Origin: a virus
Direction: 5' to 3' (one strand)
Length of the DNA stretch: 64,000 nucleotides
Virus record (IMG/VR): IMGVR_UViG_3300026097_000009
Span: 64,001-128,000 of that record
A program made the position numbers and the translations under genes. This document shows positions 1 through 9,987 of the stretch, one piece after another; within the stretch, counting starts at the first letter, position 1, and every line of letters starts with the position of its first letter. The notes below the pieces were generated by a model. That model was not told the DNA's origin and searched no databases. It worked only from the letters and a program-made list of their open reading frames with translations.

Positions 1-715
1 TTACTGAAGAACCTGACCAAGCACCTTTGTACTCAACACCTTTATGGAAATAATCCCACTTGGCTTGATCGTCTTCTAATCCAAGTGTTTCAGTAGCGGC
101 TGATGTGTGTCCGGTGTTACAAACATAAATTTGTCCGCCGTACTTAACTAGATCGTTTAACTTATATCTTGTTCCGGTTGCCCACTCGTCCTTCCAGTCA
201 AGTCCTAGCGAGAATGTATCCCAGCTTGCTTGATCGTCTTCTAGTCCGTCGGCAGCATCTGCGGCTGATGTGTGTCCGGTATTGGCAATATAAGAAATAC
301 CGCCATACTTAACTACATCATTAACTTTATATGTTGTTCCAGTAGCCCAATCGCCGGTCCAATTTAAACTTTCGGCAAATAAATCCCACTTGGCTTGATC
401 GTCTTCGAGCAAAGATTGCGAGGTATGGCCTTCGTTCGCGATGTAAAGATATCCGCCATATTTGACAATATCGTTTACTTTATAAAGTGTGCTTCCACTC
501 CATGTTCCTGTCCAAGTTTGACCATCAGCAAACTGATTCCATCTAGTTGGAACATTTTCTAAGTCCGTGTAAAAATCTGAGGCAGATGTGTGTCCTTCAA
601 CACACAAGAAAGTCTTGCCACCGTAATTAACAATATCATCTTTAAAATATGTAGTAGAAGAGCCCCAAGCTCCTTTCCATACAAATCTAATTCTACCAAG
701 TTTAAATTCTGCCAT
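1..715 (-). CDS. Virion fibre/structural protein with ~55-aa Trp/Tyr-rich CBM5/12-like repeats (5' part only, runs off the left edge)
   Basis: Not in the ORF track. ATG at 715 (MAEFKLGRIRFVWKGAWG...), GGAG SD upstream, open to position 1, repeats of W.G.W...T.Y...D.VKYGG..Y....GHTS matching the N-terminus of the neighbouring 2086-aa protein. Confidence 0.8.
   Translation of the reverse strand, partial: MAEFKLGRIRFVWKGAWGSSTTYFKDDIVNYGGKTFLCVEGHTSASDFYTDLENVPTRWNQFADGQTWTGTWSGSTLYKVNDIVKYGGYLYIANEGHTSQSLLEDDQAKWDLFAESLNWTGDWATGTTYKVNDVVKYGGISYIANTGHTSAADAADGLEDDQASWDTFSLGLDWKDEWATGTRYKLNDLVKYGGQIYVCNTGHTSAATETLGLEDDQAKWDYFHKGVEYKGAWSGSSV
52..406. repeat. Intragenic 165-nt-period tandem repeats
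   Basis: AATCCCACTTGGCTTGATCGTCTTC exact at 52-76 and 382-406, variant at 218-241; GCGGCTGATGTGTGTCCGGT exact at 96-115 and 261-280. Confidence 0.85.
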
Positions 716-735
716 TTATTGCTCCAACTAATTAA

Positions 736-742
736 TATTTAT
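736..742 (-). promoter_or_regulatory. T4-type late promoter (ATAAATA)
   Basis: ATAAATA on - strand in the short gap upstream of the ATG at 715. Confidence 0.55.
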
Positions 743-747
743 TGTTT

Positions 748-3700
748 TTACTCATTGTTTCCTGAAAGGAACACTGATTGTTGTAACCAAACTCCGTCAA
801 TACCACCTTGGAAAGTCATTTTAACAGGAACATTAATTTCAACCCCTGTTGTTGTGGTAAATTGATTTGGACCCATAGTTACTACCCCGGCGGTCATCTG
901 TCCTGTAATAGCATCGGAGCCACCGCCTGACACCCTTGCAGTAATAAACGCTTTAATTGCACGTTGTGTAGGTATAATGTTGTTACTGTCGGCGGTAAAC
1001 GTCGGATCTGTTGAGAATTCTCTAACCACAACACCCGATCCGCCGACACTAACACCACCTAATACTAATTCTTCTAATCCTTCTAGATCAAAGAAGTCAG
1101 CATTGATTGTTACAATACCAGTTGACTGCTCTACAGCAAACAATTCGCCAACTCGGAAATTACCGTTTTGATCTGTGCTTGTGTAAAATACTCGTCCGCC
1201 ATCTGCTTCAATAACTTCATCCTGTGGTGCTCTAACTGTTCCAATTGGAAATAACACGTTAGGGTAGTTAGTTTGTACAAAATTGCCTAATCCTATATCT
1301 AGGAAATCGTGTCCTGATAACCGCACTTGACTGTATTGCTGTCTAATTTCTAATGAATCGCCGTGTCCTGGACTTTCGTCTCTGTCTAAATCTTTAGCGA
1401 TTGTTAAACGTGCTGTAACATTAGGAAATTCTCCTTCTAATACTGTTACTGATAACAATTTGTATGTATAATCTGTAATTTCATCAAAATTAACGTTGTC
1501 GCCAGGTCCTGGAATTCTAGTTAATCCGCTTACAATTATGTCACTGCCGGTCTGGAACTGATCTTTAAATCCATCGCCGGTAATGGTTACAAATGTTGTG
1601 TTATTTTGGAATCCTGTACCTGCGTTTACCAAGGTTGGGTTTCCTAATACACCGTGATGTGTTCTAACATTAACAGCAACATCACCTGTATTGTTTGGAT
1701 CTGTTAAAACAAATGCCGGGGCACTACCGTATCCACTTCCTGGTTCCCAGATGCTGATAGCACTTATTCTCTGACCAACTACACTGACCCTGGCTTGTGC
1801 TCTTACACCTGTTCGAATGTCTCTAACAGGGTTGCGATTTCCAGTATTTCTAGAGATTACAATAAATCTTCCGGTGTTTTCCGAATTACCGAACGCTACT
1901 GTTGACCACTCCGAGCTCCCTGATAACGTTTCACTTTCCCAGCGGATACCGTCTTCTGATACCGCACAAGAACCAGAATCTTCTGCAACTGCAACGAATA
2001 ATCCTTGCCCGTATGTAATATCTTGCCAGTTGTCAGCAGTAGGTAAATTTCCTTGTACCCAGGTTTCACCATCGAAACTGATAAAGCTGTTGTTTGATCC
2101 TTCAAACCCGCCTTCAATTGCAACAAATCTATTATTACCGAACGTAATTGCATATGCGCCGCCTGGCATTGAACTTTCTGTCCAAGTATCGCCGCCATCA
2201 GCAGAGTATGCCGATTCGGTATTACTCGAAGCACTTTCAGCAATGGCTACAAATTTTCCTTTACCATATGTTATGGCTGACCAATCAGACCCTGATGGTA
2301 ATGTAATAGTAGTCCAAGTATCGCCGTCATCTGTTGATTTAACGGCAGTGTCGCCGCCTGAAGCTACTGCTATCCACACACCGTCACCGTATGCGACACC
2401 TGTATAGCTTAGTGAAGGTGCTCCAGCAAGTGCCCATGATATACCGTCAGTGCTTATTGCTGATACACCATCGCCGACCGCTATATAATTGCCGTTACCG
2501 TAAGCAATGCTTTTCCATCTAGCTGAAGCAGGAAGTGTACTGAAAGTCCATTCTACACCATTATCGCTGGTTCCTACTGCTGTAGAAACAGTAGTTCCGC
2601 CTGCGATTGCAACAAATTGACCATCGGCATATATAACTTTTGTGAACGGATTACCCGAACCTGAAGAATACATAGTAGCAGAATTAACTGAATAACCTGG
2701 ACTAGAAAATGTAACTCTAGGTTCGATAGTGTAATTTGTTGTTGTGTTTAAAGTAGTTTCGGCCGGTGTTCCAGGATTAATGTTGTTCCATCCTAGATGA
2801 TGTAACTCCATATCGCCTGTTTCGTTAATCAATCCAAAGGCTGTGTTTGCTACTGTGGAAAACTGATAGATTGTTGATGTACTACCAGCAGTAATATACA
2901 TTTTTTCTCCGCTGTTTGCAAATTCAATTGCTCCTATTGCAGAGGCTACCGTACCACTAAAATCATATGTTACACTGTCGTACGAGGCAGAGCTTAAATC
3001 AAACGATGCGCTTAACCCGTATCTATACACAGCATCCGAATCATTTACAAATATTTTTGTGCCATCATCATTGAAATATGCTCCGCCTAAATTATCATTA
3101 GTAGTTTGAAGAGCAGTATCTAAGGCTATCGAATCATCTGTAGCAGTTGTGATATCAAATTCTGTTGAAAGAGAATATTGATGTATTTGTTGTGACGCGA
3201 CAGTAGATTCAACGATATACATTTTGCTTCCTGAATTGTTAAAAAGTACATCCGTCGGATCAATGCTTGAAACTGCATTTGCATCATAAGTTGCTGGAGT
3301 AGGATCAATTGAAGTTACATCATAAGCAACAGACAAATCGTGTTCGTAAATTAATCCAGTTGTTTCGTTGGCAAAATATAGTTTAGTACCAGTAGCATTG
3401 AATGTTAGACCGGTATGGGTGTTTAATCCGCTGTCGAAGGTATTGATAGCAGTGGCGCTTTCAATATTAAAGTTATCATACATAAAATATTCTGTTACCA
3501 CACCGCCTTCTAGCACAAATGCTTTGGTTCCTATATCGTTGAAAACTATTCCTCGAGGAGTCCCGCCTGTGTTTAAAGTTATACTGTCGGAAACAGCATT
3601 AGATAATGTGTAACCTGTTTTGTCAGGTGATGTGGAAATAGTAATGTTACTTCCGCTAACACTGTTAACATAATATATTGTAGTTTCTTGGATATTACCA

Positions 3701-6700
3701 TAATGCGTTCCTGTAAATATTACAGGATCACCTATGCTTAATCCTTCTGTACTGTCAAGAACAACTAAATTTCCAATCGCTTGTGTTTCTAAAACAGTTT
3801 TCTTAGGATAATACTCGTCGCCAACATAAACAATTTTTGATGTATCGTCATATTCTGCAACATAGCCGTATTGTCCTGCGCCTGTTCCGGATTGAATATA
3901 AACACGCATTTCTCTGTATGTTGCAGGAACTTCTTCATCGGCCGCCGCGATAGTTATCGTCTTGTCAGTGCCTGCCTGTGCCGAGTTAGTAGTAAACTTA
4001 TAACCGGCACCACCTGCAATTCCTGAATCACCAGGATCGGTAATTCTAACTTCATAAACAGCGTCATCTCTAATTTCATCTCCGAGCAATTCTTGATTTA
4101 ATCCAGAACCAGAAACTGTAAATGTTGCTGACGTATATTCATTACCAGCATTGCTGAAAAATAACTTTGATATTTCTTGATTTTTAGTTTGTACAGATGC
4201 TACATCAGCTTCAAAATATCGGTTGTTAACTGATGCTTGAATTGGCGCTTCACTTACATTAAATCCTTCAGCAACCGCACCAAAAGTTCCGTAAGAACAG
4301 TTTCCGTTAGTTCCTCGAATTTTTCCGCCGCGTGTACACAAATAACCTATGTGATTATAGTATGTAAACACCGATACTGCTTCTGTTTTTCCAGTTCCGT
4401 TACACCAGACACCTATACCGTCAGATAATATTTGTGTAAAATCGTTCGAAACAATTGTTTGATTACCGCCGGCGTGTAAGTCGCCGTCGATTTTTAAACC
4501 GATACAGCCGTCGCCGAATGTAGTAACATTTTGTACATAAGGAGATTTAGAACCTACCCAAACAGTGTCATCTTGTGTTCCCCAGCCTGGATCTAGAGAT
4601 GCATAAGCTCCTGCCGTCGGTCTTCTTGTTAAATTAGCATTAAGATCACCTAGTGTTCCGCTTAAGCCTGTTAAGGTACAGTTTCTTAATCCAGTACCGT
4701 CTCTTAAAAGAAACATATTTTGTATTTTATTTCTATCGTAGCTGTTTGCATTTAAGAAATATTGCGATTCTAGTCCTGTTCTGTAGTTTCCTGGATATTG
4801 GGTATCATAAATTATAGCATCAATTACTCTAGCTATATTAGAATCTAACTGTGTTTCGTTGTAATCGTATAATGGTTGTACAGTTGTAATGTATGCTTTT
4901 AGTTCAGCGAGTATAAAACTTCTATTTGCTACTAACAAATTATATGCATTTACTTCTGCTTCATCGGTGGAAGCTGTGTTAGTACTGTTTACCGATGCAA
5001 CAAGACCGTCATTTAAAATTGACACTAATTGTCCTAACAGTGAGGAATAGTTAGTGGCTGTATCATCTGTTGACGGCGATCCTAAGAATACTTGAGATTC
5101 ATTACTGTAAAGATTTGTTCCAAATGTAGGCTGTAATTCGTCAGCAGTGCCAATCTCTTGTTCTAACACAACAAACTCAACTATGCTTTGGAAATACTGT
5201 ATAATCTGTATTAGATAGGTTAAATCTAAATCTGAAATTATAGGTTGGGTGGGGCGAATTACAGTGCTTCGTAATTCATCACCTACCACTGCACAGAATG
5301 CAGGAACTGTTAACGGTAAAACTTCGTCAAATATACCTGTTCTAACATAAATTGTCGAATTTCCTGATACATTATCTCTTACATACTCTAGTGCATATCT
5401 TAGTGTTTTCCATGGAGCATTTTGATCTCTACCTAAATTAGGGCTATCAACTCCATCGTTTGCAACAAAGAAAACCGAAGTTGCAGAATTTAGATTTTTC
5501 CAAGATATATCGCTATCTTGAACTGCTAATGTTTGTTTTTCGTTACCGATAGTTATTCTTCTATTTCCGATAGAACTTCCATCTTCTTGAACTCCGTAAC
5601 TGAGAATATCACCGACTTCTTTTAAGACGTTATCTGGATCTCCTAAAATTAAAGGTTCCCAATAAAAACCTCCGTCGTCTTCTGGGCTGTTACCTGCATC
5701 AGAAACGTGTCTTCTTAATGCTCTATAAGAACTAGATGTCAATACAACAACATCGCCTTCTACATACGTGTTGCCTGCACCCCAGATTCCTACCCACTTT
5801 TCGCCTGGAATAATTAAATCCCAGTAATCTGAGTTGACTGTACTATCATCTGTTAAGATATCCGGATCTTCACCTATAGAATCTGCCACCGCAACAAATA
5901 CCTGGCCGCTTCTTCTTACTACATCGCCTAAACGATACGAAGAAGTTCTTCCCCACTCTCCTCTAACATTTGAGTTTTCAAATAACAACGTCCATGACGC
6001 ATTAGGTTGTGCAGTATCATATGTAGGTATTATTCCAGACCCAGTAGCTCGATTTACAAATAAATATCCACCGTATCGAACAATGTCTCCTATTTGATAA
6101 ACAGTATCTTCGTTCCATTCGTTATCAAATTCTTGTCCTGGACAATATATTGAAAAATTTCCTGCTAAAAATCCATCTGCTTCTCTGGAAGTATGTGCAA
6201 CAGTTACTTGGTACAGGTATGAACCGTATTTTACAATATCATTAGCTTTATATCGATAACCTTCAGCAACATAATTGCCAACATATTCAACTCCATTAAC
6301 AAACACAGACCATTTGTCGCTATCGTCTTCTAATCCATCCGCAGAAGTCGCCGATGACTCGTGTCCTTCGGTACATCTATAAACAATGCCACCATAACGA
6401 ACTATATCATTCACTTTATATCTGTTAGAAGTTGTCCAATCTCCTTTCCAATCTTGTCCAAGATTAACAATTTCCCACTTGTCTTGATCGATTTCTAAAC
6501 CAGTAACATCGGTAGAATCACTAATATGTCCTTCGGTACATCTATAAACGATCCCACCGTAACGAGCAATATCATTTAATTTATAAAATGTACTTGTTGT
6601 CCAATCAGTAACCCAGTTATCTGAACTGACTTGAACTGTCCAGTAACTTAATGATAAATCGTCATAAAAATTATCTGAAGAATCTACGGAGGTATGTCCT

Positions 6701-7008
6701 TCAGTACAAAGGTATACAATACCTCCGTATTTTACTAAATCACCGATATTATAAAAAGTAGATGGTTGCCAATCTCGGCGCCATTCAGATCCTTCTGCCA
6801 TTAAAACCCATCTTGGGTCTGGCGCAGGTGGAATATTATCATTTAAAAAATTTAAGTCGTCATAAAAATTTGGTTGGCTGTCGTGCAATTTGATACAGAC
6901 ATATATTTTCGATCCGTACGATATAATATCGTCGGGATTATATCTGTAGAGAGATCTCCATTCACCTCTCCATGTATATCTAAATCTGTCTAGTATAAAA
7001 TCTGCCAT
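748..7008 (-). CDS. Large multidomain virion fibre/adhesin (CBM-like repeats, pectin-lyase-like beta-helix, two beta-propellers)
   Basis: 2086 aa. N-terminal W.G.W..Y..D.V.YGG..Y.C repeats; FVA.DG.D...G.....PW.T..YAL then VRTG..DE.LPL.VP....VGDELRST (right-handed beta-helix entry); F.N.DGTK.Y propeller blades; W..I.YG.G.FVAV blades. Confidence 0.75.
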   Translation of the reverse strand: MADFILDRFRYTWRGEWRSLYRYNPDDIISYGSKIYVCIKLHDSQPNFYDDLNFLNDNIPPAPDPRWVLMAEGSEWRRDWQPSTFYNIGDLVKYGGIVYLCTEGHTSVDSSDNFYDDLSLSYWTVQVSSDNWVTDWTTSTFYKLNDIARYGGIVYRCTEGHISDSTDVTGLEIDQDKWEIVNLGQDWKGDWTTSNRYKVNDIVRYGGIVYRCTEGHESSATSADGLEDDSDKWSVFVNGVEYVGNYVAEGYRYKANDIVKYGSYLYQVTVAHTSREADGFLAGNFSIYCPGQEFDNEWNEDTVYQIGDIVRYGGYLFVNRATGSGIIPTYDTAQPNASWTLLFENSNVRGEWGRTSSYRLGDVVRRSGQVFVAVADSIGEDPDILTDDSTVNSDYWDLIIPGEKWVGIWGAGNTYVEGDVVVLTSSSYRALRRHVSDAGNSPEDDGGFYWEPLILGDPDNVLKEVGDILSYGVQEDGSSIGNRRITIGNEKQTLAVQDSDISWKNLNSATSVFFVANDGVDSPNLGRDQNAPWKTLRYALEYVRDNVSGNSTIYVRTGIFDEVLPLTVPAFCAVVGDELRSTVIRPTQPIISDLDLTYLIQIIQYFQSIVEFVVLEQEIGTADELQPTFGTNLYSNESQVFLGSPSTDDTATNYSSLLGQLVSILNDGLVASVNSTNTASTDEAEVNAYNLLVANRSFILAELKAYITTVQPLYDYNETQLDSNIARVIDAIIYDTQYPGNYRTGLESQYFLNANSYDRNKIQNMFLLRDGTGLRNCTLTGLSGTLGDLNANLTRRPTAGAYASLDPGWGTQDDTVWVGSKSPYVQNVTTFGDGCIGLKIDGDLHAGGNQTIVSNDFTQILSDGIGVWCNGTGKTEAVSVFTYYNHIGYLCTRGGKIRGTNGNCSYGTFGAVAEGFNVSEAPIQASVNNRYFEADVASVQTKNQEISKLFFSNAGNEYTSATFTVSGSGLNQELLGDEIRDDAVYEVRITDPGDSGIAGGAGYKFTTNSAQAGTDKTITIAAADEEVPATYREMRVYIQSGTGAGQYGYVAEYDDTSKIVYVGDEYYPKKTVLETQAIGNLVVLDSTEGLSIGDPVIFTGTHYGNIQETTIYYVNSVSGSNITISTSPDKTGYTLSNAVSDSITLNTGGTPRGIVFNDIGTKAFVLEGGVVTEYFMYDNFNIESATAINTFDSGLNTHTGLTFNATGTKLYFANETTGLIYEHDLSVAYDVTSIDPTPATYDANAVSSIDPTDVLFNNSGSKMYIVESTVASQQIHQYSLSTEFDITTATDDSIALDTALQTTNDNLGGAYFNDDGTKIFVNDSDAVYRYGLSASFDLSSASYDSVTYDFSGTVASAIGAIEFANSGEKMYITAGSTSTIYQFSTVANTAFGLINETGDMELHHLGWNNINPGTPAETTLNTTTNYTIEPRVTFSSPGYSVNSATMYSSGSGNPFTKVIYADGQFVAIAGGTTVSTAVGTSDNGVEWTFSTLPASARWKSIAYGNGNYIAVGDGVSAISTDGISWALAGAPSLSYTGVAYGDGVWIAVASGGDTAVKSTDDGDTWTTITLPSGSDWSAITYGKGKFVAIAESASSNTESAYSADGGDTWTESSMPGGAYAITFGNNRFVAIEGGFEGSNNSFISFDGETWVQGNLPTADNWQDITYGQGLFVAVAEDSGSCAVSEDGIRWESETLSGSSEWSTVAFGNSENTGRFIVISRNTGNRNPVRDIRTGVRAQARVSVVGQRISAISIWEPGSGYGSAPAFVLTDPNNTGDVAVNVRTHHGVLGNPTLVNAGTGFQNNTTFVTITGDGFKDQFQTGSDIIVSGLTRIPGPGDNVNFDEITDYTYKLLSVTVLEGEFPNVTARLTIAKDLDRDESPGHGDSLEIRQQYSQVRLSGHDFLDIGLGNFVQTNYPNVLFPIGTVRAPQDEVIEADGGRVFYTSTDQNGNFRVGELFAVEQSTGIVTINADFFDLEGLEELVLGGVSVGGSGVVVREFSTDPTFTADSNNIIPTQRAIKAFITARVSGGGSDAITGQMTAGVVTMGPNQFTTTTGVEINVPVKMTFQGGIDGVWLQQSVFLSGNNE

Positions 7009-7009
7009 A

Positions 7010-7375
7010 TTAATCTTCCGAATCTAAATTGTTATATTCTACGCTTCTGTTAATTTTAACAACCAATTGTCCGTCATCGTCTACATAATAAAATAGACCT
7101 CGATCGTCCCAGCGGTACTGATCATATTTTAAATTATCAAAAACTTTTTCGTGATTTACATCAACTCCTTCATAAAAATCTACGCCAATTTCAAAATCGT
7201 TATAGTTTTCTGCTTGATCTCCGGGAGTATTCAATTCAATTGTGTCGTCGTCTTTGAGTTGATCACTTCTTAAAAGAAATAAACTACCATTTTCGTTTCT
7301 TCTTAAAGCATAGAAGTATCTAGGATTATCCCCTAATACATCAGCTGGATTCTGTCCTAAATAAAAATTACTCAT
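7010..7375 (-). CDS. Hypothetical virion-associated protein
   Basis: 121-aa ORF, AGGAG SD, tightly packed in the structural operon. Confidence 0.7.
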   Translation of the reverse strand: MSNFYLGQNPADVLGDNPRYFYALRRNENGSLFLLRSDQLKDDDTIELNTPGDQAENYNDFEIGVDFYEGVDVNHEKVFDNLKYDQYRWDDRGLFYYVDDDGQLVVKINRSVEYNNLDSED

Positions 7376-7384
7376 TGTTCACTC

Positions 7385-7717
7385 CTATGATAACTCTACA
7401 AAGCTAACCACAGCATCTATACTGTCATCTACATTGCTGGATATTCGTAGAGTTGTGGTTTCTGGTAATATTAATTTTTCACCATTTGTAACTATTTTAA
7501 CGGTGCCTCCCGGAGGTATTCCGAGATCTTTAGCATAATAAGATGCGTTACTGCCTTCGTCTATAACAAAGACATCAACGAAAACATTATCGTAATCTGT
7601 AATGTTTGTTAAATTACAACCGATTACAGTTGTACTAAATCCAACAGGAACAGTTATTACATCTATTGGAGTTGTTCCTATGGTTGTGTTCACCGCATGT
7701 TGAAAACTCGTTGGCAT
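7385..7717 (-). CDS. Small beta-rich virion protein (paralogue of 10487-10822)
   Basis: 110 aa; C-terminal IPPGGTV.....EKLIL....LR matches VPAGETV....EKIVL..GDQIR of the paralogue. Confidence 0.7.
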   Translation of the reverse strand: MPTSFQHAVNTTIGTTPIDVITVPVGFSTTVIGCNLTNITDYDNVFVDVFVIDEGSNASYYAKDLGIPPGGTVKIVTNGEKLILPETTTLRISSNVDDSIDAVVSFVELS

Positions 7718-7721
7718 CTTA

Positions 7722-8771
7722 TTATCCTATTGTTAATGCAAATCTAATTGCAATATCATTTGCTTGTACTTCAGAAACAGCACCAGTTGTACCTGCTGGA
7801 CTTGCCCAGCTTATACCGTCCCAAATTTCTAAAGCACCTGAATCTGTATTATATCTAGTCATACCTATCTCTGCATATGCAGTTGGTCTATTTCCTGAAT
7901 CACCCACAGGAGGAACAAATCCGTTTGTACCAGCAATTTTAAAATAACCATCTCCTGACTGCTGTAAAATAGATATACTGTCCTCTACCGCATTTGTAAT
8001 AGTATTATCTAATATCTCAAAATTTCCTAAGTTAATACTACCGGATCCGTTTGCTTCTAAATTTAAATCACCCGTAGATGTAGTAATTTCGTTGTTTGCA
8101 AAATCTATATTACCTACTGTGAACGTATTTAAATTTAGGGTGTCGGCAAATAGATCGTTAGCATAAACATTTTGCCATTTAAAACTGTTTGATCCTAAAC
8201 TATAAGTGTTGTCTTGGTCAGGAATTAAATCACTGTTTATGCTTGCATTAATTTCAATCGAATCTGTAATCTCGTCACCAATAATAATGTTACCGCTTAT
8301 TGTAACATTACCTGTAACATCGATATTACCTGTAACTGTTAAATCGCCTTCGACATTAGCGGAACTTTGTATATCAACAATACCAGTTCCGCTCGGTCTT
8401 AATTCTAAATCACTGTTGCTTACAGTTGTGCTTATTACGTTGCCATTTAGTTCAATATCGTTTACAATAAAACGACTATGGTAAACTGTCGGTTCTAAAC
8501 CACTCGGAGCAAAAGAAATAGTATTGTTGGTGCTTACAATATCGTTCCCTGATATTGTGATTTCGCCAATGTCAAACTGTGTGTCAACATCAAGATTGGT
8601 TACTCGGGCAGTGCCGTTAACATCTAAATTATATTCAGGGGAAGAAGAGTTAATACCGATTCTGCGATCTGTAACGTCTAAATATAATAAATCCGTCTCA
8701 AATGCTAAGTCTACTCCTTCACGAAGTAGATTTGCTTTCAAGAGCGGACCGCTAATACGACCGACTGCCAT
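7722..8771 (-). CDS. Virion fibre/structural protein (paralogue of 8911-9987)
   Basis: 349 aa; MAVGRISGPLLKANLLR.GVDLAFETDLLYLDV N-terminus and GTNGFV.PVG....RP...G.TRYNTD....E..DG C-terminus. Confidence 0.75.
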   Translation of the reverse strand: MAVGRISGPLLKANLLREGVDLAFETDLLYLDVTDRRIGINSSSPEYNLDVNGTARVTNLDVDTQFDIGEITISGNDIVSTNNTISFAPSGLEPTVYHSRFIVNDIELNGNVISTTVSNSDLELRPSGTGIVDIQSSANVEGDLTVTGNIDVTGNVTISGNIIIGDEITDSIEINASINSDLIPDQDNTYSLGSNSFKWQNVYANDLFADTLNLNTFTVGNIDFANNEITTSTGDLNLEANGSGSINLGNFEILDNTITNAVEDSISILQQSGDGYFKIAGTNGFVPPVGDSGNRPTAYAEIGMTRYNTDSGALEIWDGISWASPAGTTGAVSEVQANDIAIRFALTIG

Positions 8772-8890
8772 TTGCTCTCCTTACACCCGGGGATCCTGTC
8801 CCTCTAACCTAATTTTCATCCCTAAGGCTCTTTGCTGGTTAACCACAGTTTGTCCTGTAAGATTAATAGGTCGTTATCTTACATTAATAA
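8772..8890 (-). promoter_or_regulatory. Structured 5' leader (candidate cis-regulatory RNA)
   Basis: ~120-nt non-coding leader between a late promoter and the SD; stems TGTAAGAT/ATCTTACA, TAACC/GGTTA, GGGA/TCCC. Confidence 0.45.
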
Positions 8891-8897
8891 TATTTAT
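8891..8897 (-). promoter_or_regulatory. T4-type late promoter (ATAAATA)
   Basis: ATAAATA in intergenic gap. Confidence 0.55.
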
Positions 8898-8910
8898 CAA
8901 AAAAATGGAT

Positions 8911-9987
8911 TTAACCGAAGATGAGGCTGTAAATGTTGCCGAGATCTTCCATGATAGGTTCTGATATCACTCGACCTCCACCAGTTGCTACTTGGTATAC
9001 ACTACCGTCGAAGCATTCTAAATAACCAAGATCCGTATTCCATCGAGTATCGCCAACTTCTGGAGAAGTTCGTTCGTCTGTATCTCCTACCGGAACTACA
9101 AAACCATTTGTGCCTCCGAATTTAAGATAACCGTCGCCGGTATGTACTAATTCGTTTTTTGTATCTAACAAGTTGGTTATTATATTATCTGAACCGCTTG
9201 CTTCGAACTGCAAATCTTCTAAAGTAACAACACTGGTGTTTGAATTGAGCTGTAATGCATCGTTTGATTGAATTGTTTTAATTGTGTTTGGAGATTCTAC
9301 TAATACTTGATCACTTGTAATCAGATTGTCTACTGTTACGGTATCAACGCCGGCAAATGCATAAATGTGTATCTGTCCCCATCTTTTCGGATCAGTACCT
9401 AGACTAAATCTTTCTGTTTGTCCAGGTAAAATATCTTGTGAGAAATCAGGTGCGATTGCAACAGTGTCTATAGGATTATCGCCAAGTATTATAGTCCCTC
9501 CTGCGATAGTGAGATCTTGATCTGTGCTAATGTTCTGACCTACAGTTAAATCTCCGTTCACTGTAGTATCTGCTTGCATATCAACAATACCAGTTCCGCT
9601 GGTATCCATTTCTATATTCTCATCAGTACCTAAAGATTTAATATAATTGTCTTTAATTTGAAAACTCGGAGTTAGTGCTTTGCCCCATTCGATATAAGCA
9701 TCCGGACCTGTTGGTCTTATGTTTATTTCGCCTAAAGTTGTTGACCAAGTACTTTGATTATCTAAAGTCACTTTACCGAATATTGCGGTGTTCGTAGCTG
9801 TAAAATCGTCAGTTGTTCGAGAATTTCCCGACAAATCTAAGTCGTAATTAGGGCCGTCGGATTTTAAACCTACTCTACCATTTGCAACATCTAGGTAAAG
9901 TAAATCAGTATCGAATGCCAAGTCTACATCGTTTCGAATTAAGTTCGATTGCAGTAAAGGACCCGATATTCTACCTATCTGTGACAT
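8911..9987 (-). CDS. Virion fibre/structural protein (paralogue of 7722-8771)
   Basis: 358 aa; MSQIGRISGPLLQSNLIRNDVDLAFDTDLLYLDV and the same C-terminal motif. Confidence 0.75.
   Translation of the reverse strand: MSQIGRISGPLLQSNLIRNDVDLAFDTDLLYLDVANGRVGLKSDGPNYDLDLSGNSRTTDDFTATNTAIFGKVTLDNQSTWSTTLGEINIRPTGPDAYIEWGKALTPSFQIKDNYIKSLGTDENIEMDTSGTGIVDMQADTTVNGDLTVGQNISTDQDLTIAGGTIILGDNPIDTVAIAPDFSQDILPGQTERFSLGTDPKRWGQIHIYAFAGVDTVTVDNLITSDQVLVESPNTIKTIQSNDALQLNSNTSVVTLEDLQFEASGSDNIITNLLDTKNELVHTGDGYLKFGGTNGFVVPVGDTDERTSPEVGDTRWNTDLGYLECFDGSVYQVATGGGRVISEPIMEDLGNIYSLIFG

Noticed and set aside
52-406. CRISPR-like repeat spacing
   Set aside because: 165-nt in-frame period inside a coding sequence; no cas genes
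8800-8845. Twister ribozyme or c-di-GMP-I resemblance (TAAC...GAGGG; GGACAAAC...GCAAAG)
   Set aside because: Core conserved segments and stem spacing do not match either family
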